Source: Azolla caroliniana (taxonomy: Eukaryota > Plantae > Polypodiophyta). Taken from it: DNA of 64,000 nt. The DNA is taken from contig JBHGNT010000004.1 of assembly GCA_043228905.1 (NCBI GenBank), positions 17,050,001-17,114,000 of the forward strand, read 5' to 3'. Under the pieces are notes generated by a model. That model ran no database searches. It saw only the letters and a program-made list of their open reading frames with translations, and had not been told where the DNA came from. Every line of letters begins with the position of its first letter. The stretch's first letter is position 1. Below are positions 12,301 through 22,381 of this stretch, one piece after another. The position numbers were made by a program, and so were the translations under genes.

Positions 12301-14012
12301 GAAGGTAGCGTCAATACGAGAGCCAAAAACCCTTTCTAACGCCATAAAGGATCCGCGATGGGTCGAACGATGAATGAAGAAATGTAAGCCCTATGAAAAA
12401 ACGAGACATGGGATCTGATTCCTCACATTCCGCACAAGAAAGCGATTGGCTACCGATGGGTTTACAAAGTGAAACACAATGCCGACGGCTCCATAAATCG
12501 CTTCAAAGCACGGCTCATTGTGAAACGATACACACAAACGCACGGAGTTGACTAGGAAGAGACCTTTGCCCCAGTGGTTGAGATGACAACTGTGCGAACC
12601 ATGGTTGCAATCGCAACAGCAAAAGGGTGGCACCTCCATCAGATGGACGTGAAGAACGCCTTCCTCCAAGGGGAACTAGAGGAGGAAGTGTACATGATCC
12701 AACCACCCGACTTTGAATCGTGCAATCATCCGAACGTTGTGTGCCGACTCAAGAAGCCACTTTATGACCTCAAGCAAGCATTGTGTGCGTGGCATTCGAA
12801 GATCACGCAGTATCTTTATCAAATTGGATTTCAAATGTCAAAATATGATAATTCTTTGTACATTCGAAACGAATCAGATATCCCGATCGTCATCATCCTA
12901 TATGTGGATGATTTGGTCATTAGAGGAAAGGAGCTCGCCGAGATTAACAAGGTCAAATCACTTCTCTCCGGCAGATTCGAAATGAAAGACCTGCACGAGC
13001 TCCATTACTTCTTAGGCATCGAAGTAATTCGGACACCAGTCGGGATAATGATCTCACAACGACACTACTCTACAAGTTCGGCATGACGGAGTGCAAACTT
13101 GTGTCCATCCCGCTTGACCGTAATCTCAAGCTTGATGTCAATTCTGGAACAACCGAGTGCGAACCAACTTAGTATCGCCAATTGATCAGCAGCCTCATCT
13201 ACCTAACCATTACGCGACCCGACCTCAGCTATTCAATCGGCCTACTTACCCAATTCATGCAGAATCTGCGAAACCTTCATCTTGATTGCGTTAAGAGGGT
13301 ACTTCGGTACGTCAGTGGTACGATGGATTACGACATCAGATACTAGTCAATATACGATAATTCGACTCGAAGGGTACTTAGACGCAGACTGGGCAGGTTA
13401 TAAAGCAAATAGACGGTCAACATCAAAATTCGTCTTCTCCCTCGGTAGCGGAGCAATCTCATGGAGTAGCAAGAAGCAACCGATAGTCGCACTGTCGAGC
13501 ACGGAGGCCGAATACAGGGGTGTGGCAATCGCCGCGTGTAAAGCCATATGGCTCAAGTGTACACTGAAGGATCTGGGCGTACCCATCAAGGATCTGATTC
13601 ATTTATACTACGATAATATGAGCAGTATCTACCTGGCGCGGAACCCCGTATTCCATGCGCGGACTAAGCATGTCGAAGTGCACTACCACTTCATCCACGA
13701 ACGTGTGCAGGCTGGAGATATAGACTTACCCACATCAACACAAATCTACAGGTAGCCGACATTTTCACGAAAGCCCTAGGTATCGACAAGATGTGGCAGT
13801 TAGCGTCGAACCTTGGCCTATCTATTCCCGACCAACCGAGCTTGAGGGAAAGTATAGAACAGTGAACCGATCGATTGATCAAAGCCGAACAAGGAGTACG
13901 CAACCGAAAAGCCGAACAATCGAAGTTCGAAGCGTACCGAAGACCGATCTGAAACAATTTTTCGATATCTGAAAGTTGTGTTTGAAGGGGCGTGTTGAGA
14001 ATCGAACTCAAC
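9400..14012 (+). mobile_element. Ty1/copia retrotransposon, near-complete gag-pol (9600-~13860) but degenerate, with unpaired/truncated LTRs
   Basis: Gag MNTQMGSALPTEKL..., zinc knuckle CGYCGKLGHYEKEC, protease WFVDSGASNHM, integrase VHSDVWG...DGGKEY...TPQQNSVAERKNR, RT HQMDVKNAFLQG...LYVDDL, RNase H DADWAG...SSTEAEY...[23 protein letters not shown]|TGTTG at 13984-13997. A putative 5' LTR end (...ATCAACA) lies at 9567. Confidence 0.96.
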
Positions 14013-14251
14013 TTCCCATAGAAATAGGTTTCACACTAGCTCATGGACATACCATGCTAGTTTTGTAAATAGTAGAAAGGCCCCTTGCCCTAGTTTAGTT
14101 GGTATTAAACCAACCTTTTGTAACTTTGTTACTGTTGGAAGTAATACATAGTTTTCTCATCTTAAGACTCTCTCTCTCTCTCTGTTTCTCATAAGTGCTC
14201 ACACACACACACAGTCCTACCGCAACATACAATCACTCTCCTTTCTTTACA

Positions 14252-14996
14252 GTAATTAACTATTGGTTAATCAATATCTAATTATGTGAGTAGTTATACC
14301 CATAATGAGGTGTATATATATATATATATCATGTGCACAATGCAAGGGTGCACATGTGAGAAGAGAATATAGGTACAAGGGTGTAAGTCCTATGTTGAGA
14401 TATCAAGCTCAACTTAGTTAACCACGTAACTTAGTAGTTACATAGATAGAAAGTGTGTTGACCTTTTAAGCCCTTAAATAGGTTCTTGTACTTTTACGTA
14501 AGTAGGGATACATTCTAGATCCTCCACTACCAAATATATTTAATATAGGACTTAAATCCGTGTACCTATATTCTACTCACACATGTGCACCCTTGCACAT
14601 GAGTTGTATAATACCTCTTTGTGGGTATTTTTGAACTTGATGCTTATTAATATAGAGAAAGGTCTTTAGTTACACTCTTGTTAATCACCCCCCATTTATA
14701 TTATTGTTCACAAGTGTATCTTCCTCTCTCTCTTACTCTTACACACATACACACACAAATCACATAATCTTCCGTTGCTTTATCAATACTCACATAATTA
14801 GACCCTAATTAACCCTAGTTAATTACCTAATTATTAACATCCTATATTAAATGAACTTGGTGGTGGGGGATCTAGAATGTATCCCATACTACCAAGATCA
14901 TTTATAGCCAACACACTAACTAGATTCTATTTATGTAACTACTAAGTTATATGATTGACAAAATGACTAAACCTAGTTGAGCTTAATATCTCAACA
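14252..14996 (-). mobile_element. Older LTR of the same family in opposite orientation, split by the solo LTR above
   Basis: The - strand starts TGTTGAGATATTAAGCTCAAC at 14996. Segment 14856-14996 is the inverted homolog of 14393-14533, 14296-14392 of ~14545-14630, and 14253-14295 of ~14781-14825. The host sequence is continuous across the TSD. Confidence 0.8.
14393..14839 (+). mobile_element. Solo LTR (447 bp) with 5-bp target-site duplication TCCTA
   Basis: Starts TGTTGAGAT at 14393 and ends TTATTAACA at 14839. Flanked by TCCTA at 14388-14392 and 14840-14844. Confidence 0.85.
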
Positions 14997-15985
14997 TACT
15001 TGATAAGAAATATATGAGTCATCTTAGTGAAATAGATAATTAGTAAATAAAAAACATGTGTATCTAAAATAATCAATGTGGTAAAGCTACCTAGAGGAAG
15101 ATAACTCCTAGTGCATGCAAAGGGAGATAATGCTAACCAAACGGTAACCTTTCCAATGGTCTTTGCACAACTAGGTTTAGGAAATATTACCACCTCATTT
15201 TCATTTTTGTGTTTGATTATTTTGAGGATTTGGGGGTTATAGCATAACTATTGTATGAGGATCAACTTTGTATCTGGTGGACAATATGGATTGTATAAGC
15301 ACATTTGAAGGTTGGAAGATGCTTGCTTCAGTGCAAGTTTTATGTACCCTCGAAAAAGTCGCGTATGTTGGATGAAGAGAGGAATTGCGATTGTGTAACT
15401 TGGTTGGTCACCATATATATAGATATAGTGAACCCAATTATACAAGATCTATGAACGAATATAGATATTTTGTGGAAGAGGCATTGGCCCATTGGGCGCT
15501 ACATATCGTGGTGTGCATGTGTTTGTGCCACCCTTTTAGCACACCTTTTTTAGGATGCATGTACCTAAGCCGACCCACCCTTTTAGTACACCCTTTTTAG
15601 CTAAGCCAACCCAAATGGGTACCTTTATATCAACTATAAATTGAGTAAGAAGTAAGAAGCTAAGTAGGTTGGTTTTGATCTGTTATGTGCATTTCACATA
15701 TATAGTAGCTCATTAGGTTTTCTGATATTGTTGGGGCCATAATTCTCAGAGTTCTATGAGTGGCACAATCTATTTGCATAACTAATAATATACTCTTCTT
15801 CACCACAACCGCAAAAGAAAGAAAGGAGGGTTGAGGGACGGGGAGAGTGGGCTACTTTCAAGAATTATGGGAAGTTGTGGGCATTATTCTGGAATTTTTA
15901 CAAGACTGTCGAGCAGTTAAATGATCGAAATTGGGTTTATCTTGTTGTTTCAGTAGAACCCATTATTTGTATGTAGGCTGTAATC

Positions 15986-18900
15986 ATGATCACCCTCGAT
16001 GAGTCCATCCTCTCCTTTCACGGTCCCAATCCTATACCTTCTCTCGATGACCTTACTGCTCTCTCACAGAGATGCAGGAAACAAAGGAATCTTACACATG
16101 CCAGACATGTCCACGCACACATATGCAGCCATGGCCTTGAGACGCATAAAGACATAGGAAACTACCTTGTCCCTATGTTTGTTGAATGTGGTAATCCAAC
16201 CATGGCTGAACAGGTCTTCCATAAAATTATCCATTTGAATGAGTTCTCCTGGACTTCTCTCATGGAAGGGTATGTTCGGTTTGGTAATGCACAAAATGCA
16301 CTTGATTTGTATGAAGAATTGAAAGTTGATCTTCTCCCTAGTAGGTACACATTCAATGTATTGCTCAAAGCTTGTACAAAGCTGAAATGCTTGGAGAAAG
16401 GTAGGATTATGCATTTTGAGGTTGTGAAAGAAGAGCTAGAAAGTGATCGATTCATTGCAAGTTCTTTGATGGGAATGTATGCTAAATGTGGTTCACTTGT
16501 TGAAGCACACAATGTATTTGAAGAGCTTCCAGATCAAGATGTTGTCTCGTGGACTACTCTAATTGCAGGATATGTTGACCATGGTTTTCTGGCTGAAGCA
16601 TTGGAATGCTTGGAAAAAATGCAGAGTGAAGGTGTAGATCCGGATCGTGTTACATATATATATGGTTTAAAAGCATGTGGTTTGCTAAGATCTCTCGAAA
16701 AGGGGAAAGATTTACATGCTGAGGTAGACCGCAAAGGTTTTAATGATGCATCGATCAGCAATGCTTTGCAAGATATGTATGTGAAATGTGGTTCTTTGTC
16801 AATTGCACAAGAAATTTTTGACAAATTGCCAAACCGAGATGTATCAGCTTGGAATCTTCTGATGGCTGGATATGTGGAGGAAAACTTTTATGAAGAAGCT
16901 ATTAGCTCTTTTTCAAGAATGAAGCTTGAAGGTGTTTCACCAGATGCGAATTCATTTGTTTGCATCCTAAAGGCTTGTGCCCGATCAAAGGCTATAGAGA
17001 AAGGTCGAGAATTTCACAAAGAGATCGACGAGAGGAAACTTGGTGGTGATCCATATATCGGTAGTATTTTGGTGGATATGTATGCAAAGTGTGGTTTTCT
17101 TGAAGAGGCACAAGAAGCTTTTGACTGTCTTGCAATGAAAGAAGTAGTTTCATGGACTTCACTTATTGCAGGATATGCTGAAAACAACCTTCATGAAAAA
17201 GCACTGGAGTGTCTTAGACAGATGCAAGTAGAGGGTATGGTTCCAGATTCTATCACTTTTATGTGCTGCTTGAAATCCTGTGGGGCTATAGTAGCTATAG
17301 ACAAGGGCCAAGAAATACATGCAAGTATCGTTGAAGATGGCTATGAAGGAGACAATCGTCTTGGTAGTGCTTTGGTAGATATGTATATAAGATTGAGTTT
17401 GCTTGAAGAAGCACAAGATGTTTTTGATGAACTTGAAGATAAAGATGTAGTCAGTTGGACTTCATTAATTACAGCCTATTCAGAACATGGGCTCGGAGAA
17501 GCAGCCCTTAACTGTTTCCAGAGAATGCAGGAAAATGATGTGCATCCTGATGCAGTTACCTTTGCTTGTATTCTGAAAATTTGCAGCATTACAGATTCCA
17601 TAGAACAAGGTCAAACATTACATGCTCAAATCATAAAGAATGGATTTGAGAAAGATCCTTTTATTGCTAACTGTCTGATGGATATGTATCTGAAATGTTG
17701 TTTTCTTCATGAAGCCGAGGAAATATTTGATCAGCTTCCTGTGAAAGATGTGATTTCATGGACTGCATTAATAGGTGGATATGCTGAGCACGGGTTTGCT
17801 GAGAAAGCATGGAATTGTTTTCTTCAGATGCAATTGAAAGGAATTTATCCTAATGCTGTCACATATGTCTGCATCCTGAAAGCTTGTGGAAGTATAAAAG
17901 CAACAGAAAAAGGGCAGTTAATACACAATTATATCATCAAAGACGGATTCGAGGATGATCTGTTTATTGGTAGCAATCTGGTGGGCATGTATGCAAAGTG
18001 TGGATTACTGCTAGAAGCTGAGGGAACACTAAATGATTTAGCCATTCGAGACTTACCCTCGTGGAGTGCTTTGGTTTCGGGTTATCTTGACCAAGGGCTT
18101 GGTGATAAAGCATTATCTTGCAGTAAGGAAATGCAAGAGGAAATGCTACATCTGGATGCCACTACATATGTTTGCAGCTTGAAAGCTTGTGGTGCAGTAC
18201 AAGCCATAGATCATGGCTATTTCTTGCATGATGAAATTGTAAAACGAGGATATGAACAAGATCACTTTATCAGTAGCGTGTTGATAGATATGTATGCAAA
18301 ATGTGGTTTACTTTTGGATGCTAAATCTGTGTTTGATAAATTGTTGGTTAGAGACATTGTATCTTGGAGTAGTATTACATCAGGATATGTTGATAGTGGT
18401 CATAGTGAGGAAGCATTGAAATATCTACAGCACATGGAAGAAGATGGTGTTCAAGCAAATGTATCAATGTATGTGTGTATCTTGAAGCTTTATGGGATCA
18501 CTGGGGATCTACAAAAAGGTCAACTGCTGCACAGCGATATTATTAGAAGGGGGGATGAGATTAATCAACAAATTGCAACTGCTCTGATTGGTATGTATGC
18601 AAACTGTGGTTCACTCGTAGAAGCCCGAAAAATTTTCAAAAAAGTTACAGAACCAGACTTAGTGATGTGGAACACACTTATAAGAGGATATGCTGAACAG
18701 GGGCTCTATAAAGATACACTTGATTGCTTGCAAGAGATGAAAGTGTCTTGCGATTCTGTCACATACATCTTCAGTTTGAAAGCATGTAAGAACATAGGAG
18801 AAGTCAGCTATGGCCAAAAACTTCATGCGAACATCATAGAGGAAGGTTATGAGCATGACATTATAATTGGAAGCAGTTTGTTGGACATGTATGCGAGTCG

Positions 18901-20485
18901 AGGCTACATTTCGGATGCAAAAGAAGTTTTTGAGGAGCTCTCTGTTCAGGATGTCATTACGTGGACTGCACTGATAAGAGGATACAGTGAACTGGGCCTT
19001 GGTGATGAAGTAATAGACTGCTATACACAAATGCAATTAGATGGTATATCTCCAGATGCTGTGACAATGGCTTATATCATACAATCTTGTGGCAACTTGG
19101 GAGTTCTACAAAAGGTTCAAGAAATGCATGCCGAGGTCACCAAGAAAGGGTATGAACAAGATTCTTGTGTTGGAAATGATCTAGTGCAAACATATGGAAA
19201 GTGCTGCTCCCTTTCTGAAGCCAAAGCAGTGTTTGACCACCTATCACATCGAGATGTTGTATCCTGGACAGCACTGATGACGGGATATGCTGACAAAGGC
19301 CTTGGGGAAGAAGTGCTTCACTTTTTTGAATGTATGCAACTAGAAAGAATCTCACCCGATGTAATTTCATTCCTTTGCAGTTTGAGAGCTACATATCAGG
19401 CAGGAAATCTTGACAAGACTCAAGAGCTGCACGACAAGATCATCAAGAAAGGTTTTGAAACTGACCCATCCATTGGAAATTCTCTGGTAGGGCTGTACGC
19501 AAGATGTAATTTATTTGCAGAGGCGCTTGATACCTTTGACAAACTGGAAGTTCAAGATGTAGTTTCTTGGACTGCACTTATCACTGGATATAGTGAGCAG
19601 GGGCATTTTGAAGAGGCTTTCAGCTGCTTCCAAGAGATGCAGTTGGGAGGCTTGCTTCCCGATGTTGTCTTGTGGAGTATTATAATGACAGGGTGTGCCG
19701 AGCAAGGAAAGAGCGATGAGATTTCCATACTACTCACAAAAATGCAAGACCAAGGTCTTTCACCCTCATCTGCAATATATTTAGCCATAATGAAAGCGTA
19801 CAGCAATGTAGCAGCTTTAGATTCGTTGAGAAAGGTCCATGCACAAATCCCAAAAGTTGGCTTGGAAAATGAATTCGTTCTGAGGGTTTCTCTCATTGAA
19901 ATGTATGGAAAATGTGGGAGCATGATTGAAGCACATCAAGCATTTTGTGCATCACCTTTGCGAGATCCAATGACATGGAATGCATTGCTTACAGGTTTTA
20001 GTCGACAGGGAGAAAGCACAATTACTTTCAGCATGCTAAATAGGATGATAGAAGAAGGCATACAACCAGATGATACCAGTTTCGTAACCCTTCTTACAAC
20101 ATGTAGTCATGTGGGATTGTTAGATATGGGACAGAAGTACTTCGAATCTATGAGCAAAGAATTTGGCATTGTGCCCACTATTAAACACTATAATTGTCTT
20201 GTTGATCTTTTTGGTCGTGCAGGGCGAATGGATGAGGCAATAATGACAATAGATAGGATGCCTTTCCAAGCCGATTATGTAGTCTGGAGTACAGTGCTAG
20301 GTGCATGTCATAAATATGGTGAGAGAGAGCTAGGACGACAAGCCTTTAAGCATGCATTGAAACTTGATGGAAATGCTGCTGCAATGTTTATCTTAATGTC
20401 CAATATCTATGCAGATGTTGATGAACAAGAAGAAGATGAAGGTTTTGAGTGCGGTATTAAAGAAATTACACTAAGCATGGGGTGA
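15986..20485 (+). CDS. Giant PLS-class pentatricopeptide repeat protein with C-terminal E domain and no DYW (1499 aa, ~42 PPR motifs)
   Basis: Uninterrupted ORF with regular L-S-P triplets (xLVDMYAKCG...DVVSWTxLIxGY...), P2-L2-S2 (HYNCLVDLFGRAG) and E motifs (MPFQADYVVWSTVLGAC...AAMFILMSNIYA). A possible in-frame acceptor (TGTAG) just upstream means the true N-terminus may lie in an upstream exon. Confidence 0.96.
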   Translation: MITLDESILSFHGPNPIPSLDDLTALSQRCRKQRNLTHARHVHAHICSHGLETHKDIGNYLVPMFVECGNPTMAEQVFHKIIHLNEFSWTSLMEGYVRFGNAQNALDLYEELKVDLLPSRYTFNVLLKACTKLKCLEKGRIMHFEVVKEELESDRFIASSLMGMYAKCGSLVEAHNVFEELPDQDVVSWTTLIAGYVDHGFLAEALECLEKMQSEGVDPDRVTYIYGLKACGLLRSLEKGKDLHAEVDRKGFNDASISNALQDMYVKCGSLSIAQEIFDKLPNRDVSAWNLLMAGYVEENFYEEAISSFSRMKLEGVSPDANSFVCILKACARSKAIEKGREFHKEIDERKLGGDPYIGSILVDMYAKCGFLEEAQEAFDCLAMKEVVSWTSLIAGYAENNLHEKALECLRQMQVEGMVPDSITFMCCLKSCGAIVAIDKGQEIHASIVEDGYEGDNRLGSALVDMYIRLSLLEEAQDVFDELEDKDVVSWTSLITAYSEHGLGEAALNCFQRMQENDVHPDAVTFACILKICSITDSIEQGQTLHAQIIKNGFEKDPFIANCLMDMYLKCCFLHEAEEIFDQLPVKDVISWTALIGGYAEHGFAEKAWNCFLQMQLKGIYPNAVTYVCILKACGSIKATEKGQLIHNYIIKDGFEDDLFIGSNLVGMYAKCGLLLEAEGTLNDLAIRDLPSWSALVSGYLDQGLGDKALSCSKEMQEEMLHLDATTYVCSLKACGAVQAIDHGYFLHDEIVKRGYEQDHFISSVLIDMYAKCGLLLDAKSVFDKLLVRDIVSWSSITSGYVDSGHSEEALKYLQHMEEDGVQANVSMYVCILKLYGITGDLQKGQLLHSDIIRRGDEINQQIATALIGMYANCGSLVEARKIFKKVTEPDLVMWNTLIRGYAEQGLYKDTLDCLQEMKVSCDSVTYIFSLKACKNIGEVSYGQKLHANIIEEGYEHDIIIGSSLLDMYASRGYISDAKEVFEELSVQDVITWTALIRGYSELGLGDEVIDCYTQMQLDGISPDAVTMAYIIQSCGNLGVLQKVQEMHAEVTKKGYEQDSCVGNDLVQTYGKCCSLSEAKAVFDHLSHRDVVSWTALMTGYADKGLGEEVLHFFECMQLERISPDVISFLCSLRATYQAGNLDKTQELHDKIIKKGFETDPSIGNSLVGLYARCNLFAEALDTFDKLEVQDVVSWTALITGYSEQGHFEEAFSCFQEMQLGGLLPDVVLWSIIMTGCAEQGKSDEISILLTKMQDQGLSPSSAIYLAIMKAYSNVAALDSLRKVHAQIPKVGLENEFVLRVSLIEMYGKCGSMIEAHQAFCASPLRDPMTWNALLTGFSRQGESTITFSMLNRMIEEGIQPDDTSFVTLLTTCSHVGLLDMGQKYFESMSKEFGIVPTIKHYNCLVDLFGRAGRMDEAIMTIDRMPFQADYVVWSTVLGACHKYGERELGRQAFKHALKLDGNAAAMFILMSNIYADVDEQEEDEGFECGIKEITLSMG

Positions 20486-22381
20486 GACGATATGACCGTT
20501 GAAAACCCAGAAATATATCATGCATTTTGAAAGGCGAGTCTCTCACACAAGGGCCAAGAATCCCCAAAGGGGATTCTTCCTTCAAAAATGTCTCTTTCAA
20601 TGCATTATAAAATATTGATTGTTTTCCGATGGGTTTTTCTGATATTGATGCCACATAAGAGAAAAGAAACTACTTGCAGTGAAATCATTAAAACAAAGTC
20701 TACCATTACATAGACTCGAGTGAACAAGAGAAACAAATATGTATAAAGATACAGTCATCTGTCTATACATATATGCAGGGTTTGCTTCTCAAAGAGAAAA
20801 ATATGTATGTATGTATAATGTATATTATCATAGTGATGAACAGATACAAAGAGATTGAGGAGATGCATAACAGCAAAAAGAAAGGTCAATTATTTTGCAT
20901 TTTCTCGTTAAACTCACCCGACAGAAAACTGGAAAGGAGGAGTTCCAAAGCAAAAAATGTGGTAAACAGTTGGGTGGGCATCAAATTGGAACGTATTAAT
21001 TCGATGATGATAATGATCAGTATTCGATCAATTCATGAGTCCTTTTCGTTGTATGGTGATTCCACGAGAATGCAGCTTATTTTCATATGGTATATTTGAA
21101 TGATCTTGCTGGGGAGCAATTTAATGGCTTTGGCAGCAAAGGACATGGCAACTGATTTTGTGCATGCTAGACAAAGTAGACTATCTGATTAATTGATTCT
21201 TTTGACAGTGAAAAAGTAATAAAAACAATGTAATCAAGAAATATTTTCTTGTAACCCTACAGAAATGCATATAGGATACTAAATCATAGAAAGGTATTGG
21301 ATTTAATAACCCAGAGAACCTCCAAAGCTCTACAAAAACCTCTCAAAGTTGGCTTCTATAAACAAAAGTCTCTCTTACAGATGTCTTACTTAGAAGTATT
21401 GTATCCAATAATTATTTGGTATTGACCTTCGATGTGGTAAATAGGATCTTTTAATGTTCCATTTCTAGGACCAACTTGGATGCATCTAGATGCATGGCCA
21501 CGTTTGCAATATAGCTAGAAATATGTGCCTTTTCCATCCACCTTATCCTCATTCTCCCATTCAACGAGCTCATGTCAAATAAACACAGATCAACCACCAA
21601 CTTTAATAAATCCAAGTTTAGGTTTTAGGGTCTACGAGTTGAACGAGAAGAATCCCTCGATTGGGTCGGACAAATCGTGGCTCCGAATTAAATTGTTCAT
21701 GGGCCAAATTTGGTCTTAGAAGACAGTTAATATATCTTTCTTTTCTAGCATGGTAAGTTTCACCCTACAAAAGATCAAGTGGGTTGAATACTCAAAAAGA
21801 ATTAAAGATAAGCCGTAGCCATGAAAGTTAGCAACTAGGCCTATCATGTAACCCTGATGCAAGATTAAGATATGGACTTGATATGCATAACAGACACCGG
21901 GGCATGAGCTTCAACAACTTATTTTGAAACATACCCCTGAGCCTCCATTATTGTATGAAACACGACATCAAGATTGAGGTCTACTTGAAGCTTCTAGTTG
22001 GCCTCTGCAGAGTAGTGTAAATGGGTTTGCAGCATTCTGAACCTGACATGTGGTCAATTCCCTTTGTGGGTTTTCACGTCACTTTTGAGGTTTCTCACCG
22101 GTAGTAAAATGCATATTGTGCGAGAAAAAAGAAGACAGCAATGAGGAAGCAAGCAATTGCTATGTGTATATAATTGGAAATATAAAAGAAGTGAAAATTC
22201 GGAGCAATAAGAGAAGGGGAGTTGGAATAACTGATTTTTTATATCTCCTCTCCTATTCACACACATATAAACGCCTGCACTCCTCTTGCATCGGGCCTGT
22301 TATTGGGTTCAATTTCCTTAATGCGTTTGTTATTATACATATCTCTGTATTATATATACTCTCGATGCTGAGGGATGTCTG

